A DNA stretch of 64,000 nucleotides from Sphaerodactylus townsendi (taxonomy: Eukaryota): contig NC_059433.1 of assembly GCF_021028975.2 (NCBI RefSeq), positions 88,722,001-88,786,000 of the forward strand, written 5' to 3'. Below are positions 46,401 to 57,526 of the stretch, piece after piece (the stretch's first letter is position 1; every line of letters begins with the position of its first letter). The notes under the pieces were generated by a model. It was not told the DNA's origin and made no database searches. It saw only the letters and a list, made by a program, of their open reading frames with translations. The translations under genes were made by a program, and so were the position numbers.

Positions 46401-49400
46401 CTGGCCCCTTATGTCCCACGTGGAGTCTCTGCGTTCGGCAGAGGCCAATCTACTCAGATCCCGCCCCCCCCTCTATGATGCGGCTGGCCTCCACCAGGGC
46501 CAGGGCTTTTACGACCCTAGCCCCTGCCTGATGGAATACTCTTCCTCCAGCTGTCCGAGACCCCTCGCGGGACCTACAAGAGTTCCGCGGGGCCTGTAAG
46601 ACTGAGTTATTCCGGGCTTTTAGGGAGGCGGCTGCTGATAGAGTGCCGGTAACATTAACAACTAAGATCCGGCTGTGTCCCCTCTTAGGGGAGTTGGGGA
46701 ATAATAGCTGAAACATCATCTGTTTTAATTGTTTCTGAATTAGGGCTGTTTTTAACCCAGTGAATTTTTAGTATTTTATTTGTTACCCACTTGTTGTATT
46801 ATGATGTGAACCGCCCTGAGCCCTTTGGGGGAGGGCGGTATAAAAGTGGAATAAATAATAATAATAATAATAATAATAATTATGCATGGAGTAGAAAATG
46901 AACTAGGGGGGATACACTGAAAATGCTGGGGGGAAGAATTTGGATTAATAAAAGGAAACACTTCTTCCGCAACACGTGATTGGTGTTTGGAATATGCTGC
47001 CACAGGAGGTGGTGATGGCCACTAACCTGGATAGCTTTAAAAAGGGGCTTGGACAGATTTATGGCGGAGAAGTCGATCTACGGCTACCAATCTTGATCCT
47101 CCTTGATCTGAGATTGCAAATGCCTTGGCAGACCAAGTGCTTGGGAGCACCACCAGCAGCAGAAGGCCATTGCTTTCACATCCTGCATGTGAGCTCCCAA
47201 AGGCATCTGGTGGGCCATTGCGAGTAGCAGAGTGCTGGACTAGATGGACTCTGGTCTGATCCAGCAGGCTCTTTCTTATGTTCTTAGTAACAACAACAAC
47301 AACCTTTATTAGGTATTTAAAATAGGCTCTAGAGGGTTACCAGACATTTATGAAGTACAAATCAGGAGTACATTCAAAACGCAGATAGAAAGACTGTATA
47401 TAGCAGTAATTTGAAACATGTTTAGCGTTCATTATAGAGCCCCTTGGTGCAGAGTGGTAAACTGCAGTATTGCAATTCAAGCTCTGATTACAACCTTTGT
47501 TCAGCCCCAGCAGACGTCAGTTTCAGGCAGGTAAATCAAGACTGACTCAGCCTTCCATTCTTCCAGGGTCAGTAAAATGTGTACCAGCTTGCTGGGGGTA
47601 AAGTGTAGATGACTAGGGAAGGTAATGGAAAAGCACCCCATAAACATAGTCTGCCTAGTAAACATCATGATGTTATGTCACCCCATGGGTCAGAAATGGC
47701 CCATTGCTTGCACAGGAAACTGACTACCTTCATCTTTAGTATTTATCTTGCCACAGAAGGATTTCTTGCACATGAAACCTCACTTTCTCCAATGTAGGTG
47801 TATTACATATTAACAGAATAATAGACTGTGGAAGCATCTTCAGTCCCACTAAAAGTCACAAAGCCAGTTTAGTATGATGCTTTAAGAATCATCAAAGCGA
47901 GTGCTAGCCAAAGACTTCCTTTCCACTAAGCTGGATCCAATAACTCCCATGACAAATTGTTGAAGGGAATCACCGCATGCAATCCAGTATTGGCTAAGAT
48001 ACCACTGAAGGCCCTGCATGCACTCAGATGCTTTAGTGCCAACGCAGAATTTCATGCTTGGAGCAGCTGCCTTATTCATTTTACATTTTGGAGGGCATTG
48101 TACATACATCAGGGGTTTCTCATTGTGAACACAAGGCCTTACAGAAATTGAACAGAGGACTGGAAGGATATGTCAGACTATATAAGTTCCATGAAAAAAT
48201 GCAGAGCTGCTCCTAGGGTGAAAGGAGTCACAAAACCAAACAAGCCTGACACTAGTGAAGACAGGAGTTATTTCCAAAGATGCCAGAACTACATTACTAT
48301 AAACATTATGATACTGTAAAAACAAAACAGGACTGTTTACTTTCAGCTGGGAGTATCACTGGGAGAAAGGAGGGATTTGCCTTAGTATGCAAGAATAAAA
48401 TAATTCTAAGACTTATAGCCACAGGGCTCCAGCAGTCAGGGATGGGCAGCTACCACACCACTGTACTACCTCTAGAGATTTCCAGGCAGTGCAGGAGGCG
48501 GCAAAAAGGAAAAAGCCCCAGCTGCAGGCAAAGTCCTCTATAGGGCTAACAGAGTTATGCTACCCTTTCAGGTGGCGTAAGTCCAAGCTGCACTGAGGCA
48601 TTCCCAGTTCAAAAGCCTGGGTGGAAGCAGGTTACAGTCAGCTCTACCCCCAAACATCCTGGTCTGCTCCCCCTCCCTGTGCCAGCATCCGCTCAGATAC
48701 CGGTGTAGCTCCATGGTGGCACCTACTTCTGGGTTTGGCTGCCGCTGAACTGTGGGGTGCTTGGACGTCAGCATTTTTGCTCTCTCCACCAGCATGTGAG
48801 CCCTTACAATGGCAGAGGGGGCCAACACACCAATGTAGTCCTGCACCACTTCCAGGCGCTGCTTTACATCCCCCTCTGGATTGGGCCATTAGTTTCTGAT
48901 TTTATTTTAATTGGGTTAGGGGGAACAAACGTCTGATCAAGCGTTTTCATGCATGTTCATACAAACCATGCGTATTAAAAAGTACACAATCTGGCTTCAA
49001 CCCTTCAGAGAGGTTTATTCCATTAGACAAATTTTCAACATTTGATCAAGCATACACTCTGCACCTTAACTGTGGTTAAAGTTTGCTCATGTTTTCCTAC
49101 ACAGAAATAATTTCCACATAAGCAAAAAAGTCATATAAATAGCTCAATTCAAAGGCTGAAGCAGCACGTTCTTATGTAATTTTACATCTAAACAATGTAT
49201 GCTGAGTCCACCAAAAATTAATTATTTGAACAAGGACGACCTTCCTTAGAACTAGAATATTAAACCATGTGGAAAAATGTATAAAATCGTGGTTGCTGCA
49301 CTAAATCTTATCAGTTTCAGTTTGTATATTCCTGGTTATATAGTATGATGTTTCCTAGCCTATCTTTTGAGGAAGTTTCACATCTGACCAATAATCTGCC

Positions 49401-50696
49401 AGTGTTTGACCACCATGACACATGACTCAGGAATCTCCAGGCTGAATTATTGTAATGTACTCTACTTTGAGATATATCTGAAAACAGACACAAACTTCAA
49501 GTGGAGTCTGCCCTTATGGTGGAGAGTTAATGGAAACATATAAACCCCTGTAAAGAAACCTTCAGTGGCTCCCAATTAATTTCCAAAAACAATGCAATTC
49601 AAATTGCTGGCTTTCACACTTAGCTTTAAATCCCAGCTACCAACTTGATCAGAGACTAGGGCTCATTCCGCACATGCAGAATAATGCACTTTCAAACTGC
49701 TTTCAGTGCTCTTTGAAGCTGTGCGGAATAGCAAAATCCACTTGCAAACATTTGTGAAAGTGGTTTGAAAACGCATTATTTTGTGTGTGCGGAAGGGGCC
49801 TAGGAAGACAACCACAGAAAGGAGCAGGACCTTTCCTGTAATAGCACTAAGGCTGCGGAACTTCTTTTCCAAGAAGCTTGTTAGGCCAGCTTGCCTTTGG
49901 GTTCCAGAAAATTTGAGATAGTCCATTATTAAAGCAGGTTTGAAAGTAGAAGGCTTTGCCGATCCAAGAGCTGACAAGTGACAGGACATTAAAATATATA
50001 TTTTGATCTTCTCAAGACTTCATAATGTTGATATGATGTTTATTATATCTTGCAAGTATCCCTCTTTATTGCAAATATCCCTGTTTATTATAGCAACGTT
50101 GCTTTCTTGTACTGCTGTTGTTTGCAGTCTGAGGGTCCACATAACTATAATGGCAAGGTATATCTCTTAAGCCAATTAATAAAGAAAAGAAACAAGGTGG
50201 AAGATAAAATTACTGAGCGCCATTAGGGCAACTTCATGCATTCAGTGTGAAGCGCGCAGGGGGAAGTATGAAGCCCTTCGGTGGAACTTTTACGCACCAT
50301 AATCTGCATTCTGGTGCGTTTTGCATGTGCAAAGGTCAGCCAAACTTAATAATCTCCCATAAACCGAAGCATTACTCTGGATTAAAGTGCGCGGAGAAAA
50401 CCAGCATAATACTTGCATAACGAAAACTTTGGTCCGGAGATTCCACTCCAGGACAAAAACTATGCACAGGCAGGACACTGATACTGCAAATGCCAGCGTC
50501 CCAAGGCGCCTCCCAGGTTCCCTGCTGCACACACACGCAGTGCATGGATTCCTCCGTACCTTTCGGAATCCCCCCTCCCCCTTCAACCTCCTTCCCAGCC
50601 TCTGATTCCCGAAACCTGGTAGCTGTGCTCACCTCCCAGGGATGGAGGCATTGAAAAGGTAACACAACAAGTCCCAAAAGGCTCACCTTCCTCCAT
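24696..50696 (-). CDS. DPY19L4: Probable C-mannosyltransferase DPY19L4, complete 19-exon CDS (2163 nt, 720 aa)
   Basis: All 19 exons were located with GT-AG sites and consistent phases. The translation matches recalled human DPY19L4 throughout ([78 protein letters not shown]). Confidence 0.97.
25320..25478 (-). CDS. DPY19L4: DPY19L4 exon 18
   Basis: [14 protein letters not shown]...DIANGH; 159 nt. Confidence 0.95.
25752..25915. mobile_element. hAT-type MITE nested in an older SINE-like repeat (~25610-25990)
   Basis: Palindromic body; TSD TGCTAGGG/TGCTAAGG. Confidence 0.8.
27065..27197 (-). CDS. DPY19L4: DPY19L4 exon 17
   Basis: [24 protein letters not shown]...KRNEN; 133 nt. Confidence 0.95.
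28132..28214 (-). CDS. DPY19L4: DPY19L4 exon 16
   Basis: [28 protein letters not shown]; 83 nt. Confidence 0.95.
28873..29040. repeat. Perfect inverted repeat, 74-bp arms with 20-bp spacer
   Basis: 28873-28946 is the exact reverse complement of 28967-29040. Confidence 0.95.
29176..29194 (-). promoter_or_regulatory. CTCF-binding motif
   Basis: Minus strand TGGCCACTAGATGGCACTG matches the CTCF core consensus CCASYAGRKGGCR. Confidence 0.65.
29426..29585. mobile_element. hAT-like MITE (TIR CAGAGGCGTAGC)
   Basis: Ends CAGAGGCGTAGC / GCTATGCCTCTG; TSD GGGATAGG/GGTATAGG. Confidence 0.75.
30185..30241 (-). CDS. DPY19L4: DPY19L4 exon 15
   Basis: [19 protein letters not shown]; 57 nt. Confidence 0.95.
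30850..30970 (-). CDS. DPY19L4: DPY19L4 exon 14
   Basis: [23 protein letters not shown]...HPILL; 121 nt. Confidence 0.95.
31490..31609 (-). CDS. DPY19L4: DPY19L4 exon 13
   Basis: ...[19 protein letters not shown]...MMEG; 120 nt. Confidence 0.95.
32339..32497 (-). CDS. DPY19L4: DPY19L4 exon 12
   Basis: [33 protein letters not shown]...; 159 nt. Confidence 0.95.
32646..33087. mobile_element. PIF/Harbinger-type non-autonomous element, CpG-rich
   Basis: Ends GGGTGTTTCTGCACG / CGTGCGGAAACGGCC; 3-bp TSD TCA. Confidence 0.65.
33917..33990 (-). CDS. DPY19L4: DPY19L4 exon 11
   Basis: [25 protein letters not shown]; 74 nt. Confidence 0.93.
34813..34911 (-). CDS. DPY19L4: DPY19L4 exon 10
   Basis: [11 protein letters not shown]...TLNLVVK; 99 nt. 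Confidence 0.92.
35326..35457 (-). CDS. DPY19L4: DPY19L4 exon 9
   Basis: VHEVYKIY...LLAKCLQ; 132 nt. Confidence 0.95.
35626..36704 (+). mobile_element. Non-LTR retrotransposon 3' fragment (RTE-X-like ORF2 C-terminus)
   Basis: Nearly open frame ...[22 protein letters not shown]...RLCLC...ESIIHILLD (zinc knuckle); AATAAA; 12-bp TSD AGAACGTATGTA at 35614-35625 and 36705-36716. Confidence 0.8.
37508..37642 (-). CDS. DPY19L4: DPY19L4 exon 8
   Basis: [23 protein letters not shown]...QTEK; 135 nt. Confidence 0.95.
38467..38590 (-). CDS. DPY19L4: DPY19L4 exon 7
   Basis: [21 protein letters not shown]...; 124 nt. Confidence 0.95.
39126..39271 (-). CDS. DPY19L4: DPY19L4 exon 6
   Basis: [11 protein letters not shown]...[18 protein letters not shown]; 146 nt. 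Confidence 0.95.
40868..40989 (-). CDS. DPY19L4: DPY19L4 exon 5
   Basis: GVYDLTRDN...[17 protein letters not shown]; 122 nt. Confidence 0.95.
41225..41860 (+). mobile_element. Old CR1 3' fragment interrupted by a hAT MITE
   Basis: CR1-like text (aaactgaaaggagtccagcaaagagcgac...aggaagaacttcctga...ggtcccttccaattctgagatt). Confidence 0.7.
41420..41565. mobile_element. hAT MITE
   Basis: TIRs CAGTGACTCCCAACC / GGTTGGGAACCACTG; perfect TSD ACCTAAAG. Confidence 0.88.
41979..42069 (-). CDS. DPY19L4: DPY19L4 exon 4
   Basis: [30 protein letters not shown]; 91 nt. Confidence 0.95.
42208..42541. mobile_element. hAT (Charlie-like) MITE
   Basis: Ends CAGTGTTTCCCAACC / GGTTGAGAATCGCTG; TSD GGCTACAC/GGCTACAG. 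Confidence 0.8.
42600..42900 (-). mobile_element. tRNA-derived SINE
   Basis: Homologous to the 3606 copy. Confidence 0.75.
43600..43724 (-). CDS. DPY19L4: DPY19L4 exon 3
   Basis: YVLIPRFAK...[12 protein letters not shown]; 125 nt. Confidence 0.95.
44656..44763. mobile_element. Miniature Penelope-derived insertion
   Basis: Two inverted copies of the terminus seen at 5057 (tgttgtgggg...aaacccacaa) flanked by a 12-bp direct repeat AACCTATCAGGT. Confidence 0.6.
45433..45540 (-). CDS. DPY19L4: DPY19L4 exon 2
   Basis: [11 protein letters not shown]...KKSPR; aag acceptor, gtaagt donor; 108 nt. Confidence 0.9.
45660..46880 (+). mobile_element. L2-clade LINE 3' portion (RT region) with (TAA)n tail
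   Basis: Encodes [16 protein letters not shown] and LHWLP motifs in broken frames; 3' end ccgccctgagccctttgggggagggcggtata plus (aat)n. Confidence 0.85.
46881..47286 (+). mobile_element. CR1 LINE 3' fragment abutting the L2 tail
   Basis: Same family as 12843/13401; ends ttcttatgttctta. Confidence 0.8.
47437..47735 (+). mobile_element. Sauria-type SINE
   Basis: gagccccttggtgcagagtggtaa head; gactcagccttccattcttcc...gtaaaatg core. Confidence 0.8.
49660..49800. mobile_element. Harbinger-type palindromic MITE
   Basis: Ends GGCTCATTCCGCACA / TGTGCGGAAGGGGCC; TSD TAG. Confidence 0.75.
50687..50696 (-). CDS. DPY19L4: DPY19L4 exon 1 coding part (ATG GAG GAA G)
   Basis: gaagATGGAGGAAG|gtgagc in a CpG-enriched region; phase 1 fits exon 2. 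Confidence 0.8.
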
Positions 50697-50699
50697 CTT

Positions 50700-51030
50700 C
50701 TGGCCCCGCAGCAAACCCCCTGCTAAGGGCTACAAGGTGCAACTCGGCTTCTCCAGGGCGAAAGGGGGCGGGAGGGGGTCCCTCCTTCCTTAGACTTGCT
50801 CAAACACACACCCCCAGCTGCAGGAGAAGCTGAAGCTGCCGCTCACTTCCTGTTAGCACCCCTGCGACCGATCCAGTGTCTCTTCCTTCCCTTCAAGGCT
50901 CGTGGGAACCCTTCTGTTCGAGGAACGCGGAAGCAGCCGGAAGGTGATTAGGGAGCGCACCGAGGCAATGCCAGTTCTTTCGATACAACATCCGCCCAAA
51001 TCAGCCTTAGTTGCAATACAATAAGTCACG
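50700..51030 (-). promoter_or_regulatory. DPY19L4 promoter region (CpG-enriched, tandem ETS/GABP-type sites)
   Basis: GCGGAAG at 50927-50933, CCGGAAG at 50937-50943, ACTTCC near 50845 and a GC box near 50765, all upstream of the exon-1 ATG. Confidence 0.6.
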
Positions 51031-52805
51031 CTTCTGGGATGAGAATTCATCAATGATATGTCTACATAGAAGACAAGGTTGAGCTCTTGCTCCTCATCCT
51101 GAGCTCTTGGTTAGAAATTAATCATTGGAAGCAACTGTCGTGCAAGAATTCATGGATGTCTTTTATTTTAAGGGAATGGGTCTTTAATGCTTACACTAGG
51201 ATCTGGGAGATTCAGGTTCAAACCCCCACTGTACCTTGTAAATTGCTAGAGCCAGTCACACAGACTTAGCCTAACCTACCTTAAAGGGTTGTTGTGTGAT
51301 GAAACAGAGGAAAGGTGAACAAAGGTGGGGCATAATTTAAACAAATGTGCCCCCCCCCCCTTTCAGTTCATGTATGTTATGAGGTTGGTTTTAGCCCATG
51401 AGTGTCGTGCTTCAATGTATCTGTTAGTCGTTAGTGGAATATGTTTGTGTTAATAGCCACGAAGCAGCAGATAGTTTATGCAGAACAGTCAGACAATCTG
51501 TGCTCATGGAGAATAAGACCAGATTCCAAGTTTTCTGTGCTGCGTCTCAAAGAAAGCAGACTTATATACCCTTAATTTGCTTTACATTTAAATTGCCACC
51601 ATAGTCTTTCACACACATTTTTATTCTGCTTTTCTTATGGGGATAAAAAGGCATAGTTCTTCCCTCATTTATCTTACCACAACAACCCTGTGAGATAGGC
51701 TAGGTGATTGACCCAAGGTCACCCAAGGGCCTAGTTGCATTAATACTGTTTCCCCAGTCCTGTTAAGGAGATATGGGCAGGAAATTCCCAGGTGACATTT
51801 GCATTCTCATTTATTTAGACACTCATTTGCATCAAACTATGCCATATGGAGGAGAGAGGGCGTTTTAGGGTTGTCAGTCTCCAGGTGGGGCCTAGAGATC
51901 TTTTGGCATTACAACTGAACTCATGACTATGGAGTTTGGTTGCCCTGGAGAAAATGTCTGTTTGAAAAATGTACTGTATGGCATTAAAACCAATTCTTCC
52001 CTCCACAAACCCCAAGCTCCTCAGGATCCGCCCCAAGTTTCTAGCAATTTTCCAATTCAGAAGTGACCACTTGCTTAAGACTAATCTTTGAGCCATATCT
52101 TGACCTGAAATATAATCAGGAAGTCAATATTTACCTGTTCAGGAAACTTATGTGCAACCCATCTCAAGAAAATAGTGGCTGCCCAGGGCAGTTTCTTGGC
52201 AGGAAAACAATACCACTGTGTCATATATGAATACTCATGTTCATCAGTCAGCAATGATGAGGCATATACAGTTTCATTCTGCAACCCATGGCTGCAAAAC
52301 CAAATGTGACCCAGTACAGATCCTAATATGATTGTTTAAAAGCAAGAGAAATATTTAAGTTAAGGTACTGGGATGAGATGAGAGGTAGGGGGCAAGGCAT
52401 GCTGTAATAGTTGTGGTGATGGAAAGGGACCCTGGCATCTCAGCTCAGGTGAAACGTCAGGAGAAAATACTACAGGAACATGGCCAAACAACCCAGAAAA
52501 CCCACAACATCCTAATAGTAGTAATTTCTAAGCATGCTGAGTGGGTACTACATAGGGTTGCCAATCTGCAGGTGGTGGCTGGCGATCTCTATTTAAGATG
52601 TTGTAAAGCTGCTAGGAGAGAGAGTTGTTGTGTGGAACGGAGGTGCTGACACTTAGGTCAGCATCTCAATAAAACCTTCTTTCTTATTGTACTCGCCGTG
52701 TCGTGTCTTGTTTGGGTTCCCCTGCGCTGCCGAGAGCTGGGTATTGTGGGGTTAATAAACGTTACCAGGCAGCGCGGTAACACTAAGATTACAATTGATC
52801 TCCAA

Positions 52806-52956
52806 GGCCCCTCCCACACATGCAGAATAATGCACTTTCAATCCACTTTCAATGCACTTTGCAGCTGGATTTTACTATGCGAAACAGCAAAATCCACTTG
52901 CAAACAATGGTGAAAGTGGATTGAAAGTGCATTATTCTGCATGTGTGGGAGGGGCC
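52806..52956. mobile_element. Harbinger-type palindromic MITE (family of 49660)
   Basis: ~43-bp perfect TIRs GGCCCCTCCCACACATGCAGAATAATGCACTTTCAATCCACTTTCA; flanks CAA/TAA. Confidence 0.8.
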
Positions 52957-54386
52957 TAAGTGACAGTGATCAGTTCCCCTGGAGAAAAAGGCCACTCTGG
53001 AAAGCAGACCCGATTACATTATACTCCATTGATGTCCCTCCCCACCTCCAACCCCAAATCTCCAGAACTGGCAGGCCTAGTACTACTGTACCTGCTCTGA
53101 CACTACTTGAATATTTGGACACAATTACTGCTGAGCGCCAACTATTTTTCCTAATTTGGTTAGAATTTAAGCTGCCTGCCTCAAAAAATAAAACATTAGC
53201 TTACACAAATTGTATCCATTTCCTTTTAAGGTTCAGGCCAGTGTCTGATCTATAGTTGGAAAACATTTTCATTTTCTTTCAAGCACTTGTTTTCACAAGA
53301 AACACTAACCTTTACATTCTTTTGAAACACACAACATAAACACAGTATTTGCAAGGCTGTTTACAGAACAAACCATTTTGTTCCTCCATATCAGGGGAGC
53401 CATATTTAGGCAGAGAAGAGGAGTAGTTCTTTCCCTCCCCATTTTTCAAATTACTTCTCAAGAGATCATATGCTTTTGACCAATCCGCTGCCTATACATA
53501 TGGAAGTTATTATCGCTGTAAACAACTGTAGGTCTCTTATCTACTGAACACATGCCAAACACACAAACCCCTTTGGCTCAAAACAGGCAGTGTATGTTGA
53601 GAACACTGCTGTCCTTTTTATGAGGTGTAAAAATTTAACCACACACAATAAATGTTCTTAAAATGCCCTGCTTCTCAGCAGTTTAATTCTAAATACTTCT
53701 ATAAGAGATCCCTTTCAGTCTTTCCTGAGTCTGGAGCCTGTCTTATACAGAATCCAGTGTAGCTTAACCTTGGAAATATTTTATTGTAATTGTTGTTTAG
53801 GTTATCTCATTTCACATATAACTTTGTTTAGTCTCCTATTTAAAGTAGCCGTTGGGAGGCAGAATGTTTTAACCAGTTACATATGATGGCTGCTGTCCTA
53901 TTCACATTTTCTAAGGAATGAGCTCCAAAAAAAAAAAATCAATGAATTTATTTTTGAATAAACATCCTTAGATTACACTGCACATTTTAACTGGCCAGTA
54001 AGTCTAGTTAAATGCATATTCCTATTTCTTTTAGTCATTCAATTTTCAAGTCACTAGATTTCTTTTAGTCATTTGGATTTTGGGTTTTCCTCCCCAAAAA
54101 TCTCCTTCATTTAAATTCTAGTGAGCTTTCTTCTGGGTGTGAAAGATATAATTTGTGTGTGTGTGTGCATGGATTCACTCTGTAATGCTAAAAATATTCA
54201 AGTGTGTAAATATGTTTATCCATAAGTGCTTCCATAATAAGAACATAAAGGCCAACTGCTCTGCAAGTACATTTTTACTCTCTGGTCAGTTTCACCCTCA
54301 GCTTGCATCTGACATTTTGTGTGCAGCTAAAGGGATTCTTCCTGCTGCCGTTTGCTGATTCTCCCTGCTGCCATTTGCTCTGCAGG

Positions 54387-54557
54387 CAGTGGAGTAGCAC
54401 CAACGGCGGGGGGGGGGGGGGGCACCCCAGGGCAGGGGCATTCCAGGGTGTGGCAGGGGTGTTCCAGGGGTGTTCCAAGACAGGGTGGGGGGCGCCACCA
54501 CGGCAGGGGCACAGGACATGTGCACCCCCTAGTGCAGTTTCCCCTTGCAGGCCCCTG
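54387..54557. mobile_element. hAT-like MITE (family of 29426)
   Basis: Perfect TSD TCTGCAGG; CAGTGGAGTAGC start. Confidence 0.75.
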
Positions 54558-57526
54558 TCTGCAGGCTCCGATCCTGGGTGCCTTTTCAGCCCAAAATGTA
54601 CTCAGCTGGTCCTGCCAATTCCAGCAATATATAGTTTTCCTATTTTTTTAAAAAATTGATAAGCTATCTTTATAGCTACGTAGACACAAATTAGCCGCTC
54701 AGAAGATCCATCTGCCTTCCACTGAGAAGGATTGGGTTGACCTGCCCTCCCAGGCTAAGATGCTCATGTTTGTGTCTGTGTAGCTATGGAGATAGCTCTT
54801 CAAAAATTTAAAAATTAGGAATATAGATATATACATACACAAATGTGTGTGTGTGTGTAACTGTTTACTATTGGTTTTTATTTTGAATTACGTATACAGC
54901 ATTTGGGGTGTACCATAATCTTTTCAATGCTCAGGCCCTGACTATCACTCACTAATTTATTCCCACTTTACTTTTGGCATTGGCCTGTTTTCATCTCAGT
55001 ATGCTTTCAAGTGCCCAAGTTGGGCCAGAGAGGTGGGGATGAAGCATTTAAAGAAAAAGAGAGAGGGTACTTAAAGACTAAACAAGGAAAAACTTTCTGC
55101 AGGGAAAGGGCAGGGCTTCATTCCAAGGACAAAAAGTATGTTCTGAGATAAGCTGTAGTAGAGGGAGGGGCCAACAGAACCCAGGCAAAGTTGCTGGATT
55201 GCCCTGGAGCCAAGGCACAGTCCTTCCTAAACTGCTCCTTCCAGGAAAAAAGATTCCTTTCCCAGCTACTGTTGAATGTCAAGAAGAAATTTATTCTTTC
55301 CTCAGCCCCATCTTTACTGTCAGACGTTAGTCTTGCAAAAAGCAGCAAAAGCAGAATTCCCATATCAAAAATCAAGTCTAGCCCATAAGCGTTTGTTGGG
55401 AGGTGGGGCTTTCTGGACTTGATAAAAACCCTATGGGGTTGCCATAAGTCAGCTGTGACTTGACAACACACATACACAATTCCAGACAGGTATACTCTGT
55501 TGCACATTAAGATGTTAGTGGATTGTATATTCCTCTGCCACAGAACAAAGCATGCCAGACCTTCTTTGTTGTGCATTGCTCTGCCTGAGTCCGATCCATT
55601 TGAAAGCTTGAAAGTAAAAAAATACATTTTGGCATAAATGTTCTTGTATCAAAGCACCATGTTCAAGAATGGTTTTGACAAAGGCAGTGCATTAAATGAA
55701 TGATAATTCTCATATTCGCTCAGGACTATATTCTAATGTGGAAGCATACAACTTCCTCAAGTGCTGCATCTCAACTGACTGACTATCATCTTTCTGTGTT
55801 AATCTACTGTTGCCAACCTTCTGGTTAACCAGACTAGAACCTTCTTGCTGCATTTTCCACCTTTGACCACTAGTGGGTGGTGGTGGTGCACAGGCCAAAT
55901 CCTGGTCCGTCAGGCAGGTCCTGGGTTCAATACAGTATGGGCTCAAACAGCTATAGAGAGCTGGGAAGGAGGCTGTAGTTGAGATTCGGTTAGATTGTCA
56001 TGACAACCCTTTGTATGCAATACTGTCATCATAAAGTGACCTAATTTTAATGTAGCTGAGCAATACTTTTCCAGTATGGGCTGGTTTGATGGGATCAGAG
56101 CCTGAAAATGTGCTGAAAGTTCACAGTATGTGATTAATCTCAGATCTCACCATACTGAAGAAGGCAAATTTACCAGAAATGTTGACCATATAATTAAGAC
56201 GGGTACAAATCAGAAGTGTTGAACAGGCAGGAAGGCATGGCATCAATATTTTAGCTAAGTTTCCTGTAATAAACATCCCCACTGAACCTTGCCATGTGTC
56301 ACCTATTGCTCACACATCATTTGAAAACATTACTATCTCTCAACCCAAAATATTGCCTTCCAACAGGCAGTGCACCAGGTACACTTTCCATAATGTTATT
56401 AAGGATGCAGACGCCCAGTTCTCAGGCATCTTTGGAAATCTCAAACGTAATTTCCAAGCAATAGAAGTGGGGCAAGGAGTCATCAAGAAACAGAGGTGTG
56501 GCTGTGGGAACACTGGAGGACGTCAGGACTTGTTCTTTCACATACTCTGAATCAACGGTTGGCATGGCATTGTATGGCTTTGACGTCAAATCATGCTGGA
56601 GATTATTGTTGTTGTTATCGTTTCCTTTGGCTCCAGTGTTCTGCTGGCCAACTTCTTTCAAAAGAGGCTGAAGCTGCCAATGGGGAAACCACAGGTACAA
56701 ACAGCTGTCTTTTGTAGACGTTGGGTTGGACCCAGTCGATTTCTGTGCCAGCCCAAGGAGGCGACAGGCCCACTTTTGATCTGCAAAAATACCATGCTGG
56801 GGATGAAGGGACCTGCGTGGACAAAAAGCTGTTCATTTCGGGTTCTGCAGTTTGGAGGAGAATCAAATGAAATCAACCCCCTCCTCCCTCTTATGCCATG
56901 TTGTGAACCTTGCTACAGTGATGTAGAACCACCCTGTTGCATAAAAACCCTTTCCGGAGAACTCTCCAGCATCCCTTGCCTATCGTGTACAGGCTTGCCA
57001 GGGAGGTAATTCATGATATTTTTGCTTCCTGTTTCTTGTGCCATATACAGTTTCTGTCAGGTTATGACAGTGAATCCTGTAACAATTACCAGTGGAGAGT
57101 AATTTAGATGTATGACACAAATTCTGACAGGTTAATAAGTTTAAAGAAAGCATACTTAACATGCCAGCTAAGAAATATGCAGAGACAGCATCTGCTTCCC
57201 ATGTTATGATAACAGACAATATATAAATGTTCGGTGTTCTCAAAGCTGATGAGGGCCACCATTGCTGATGAGGGTAGGCCATTGCTGAGAACAAGTGTGG
57301 TATAGCAGTTCCAGCCCAGAGCTGGCATCCCTAGCAGCAATGCCTTTAGCTTTAAGAAACAAATGCCCACTTAGTGGCTATTATGGGTATTGCCAGACTT
57401 CAAGCCTTAGTTTCTGTCAGTAAAAGGAAGCGGGGGAGGGGTGCTGGGCTCATTCGAGAGCTGTTTTGGCCTTTAAGGAAGGACTCGTCAGGGTCCGGCC
57501 TGCCCATAGCCACCATGTAACTTGCT

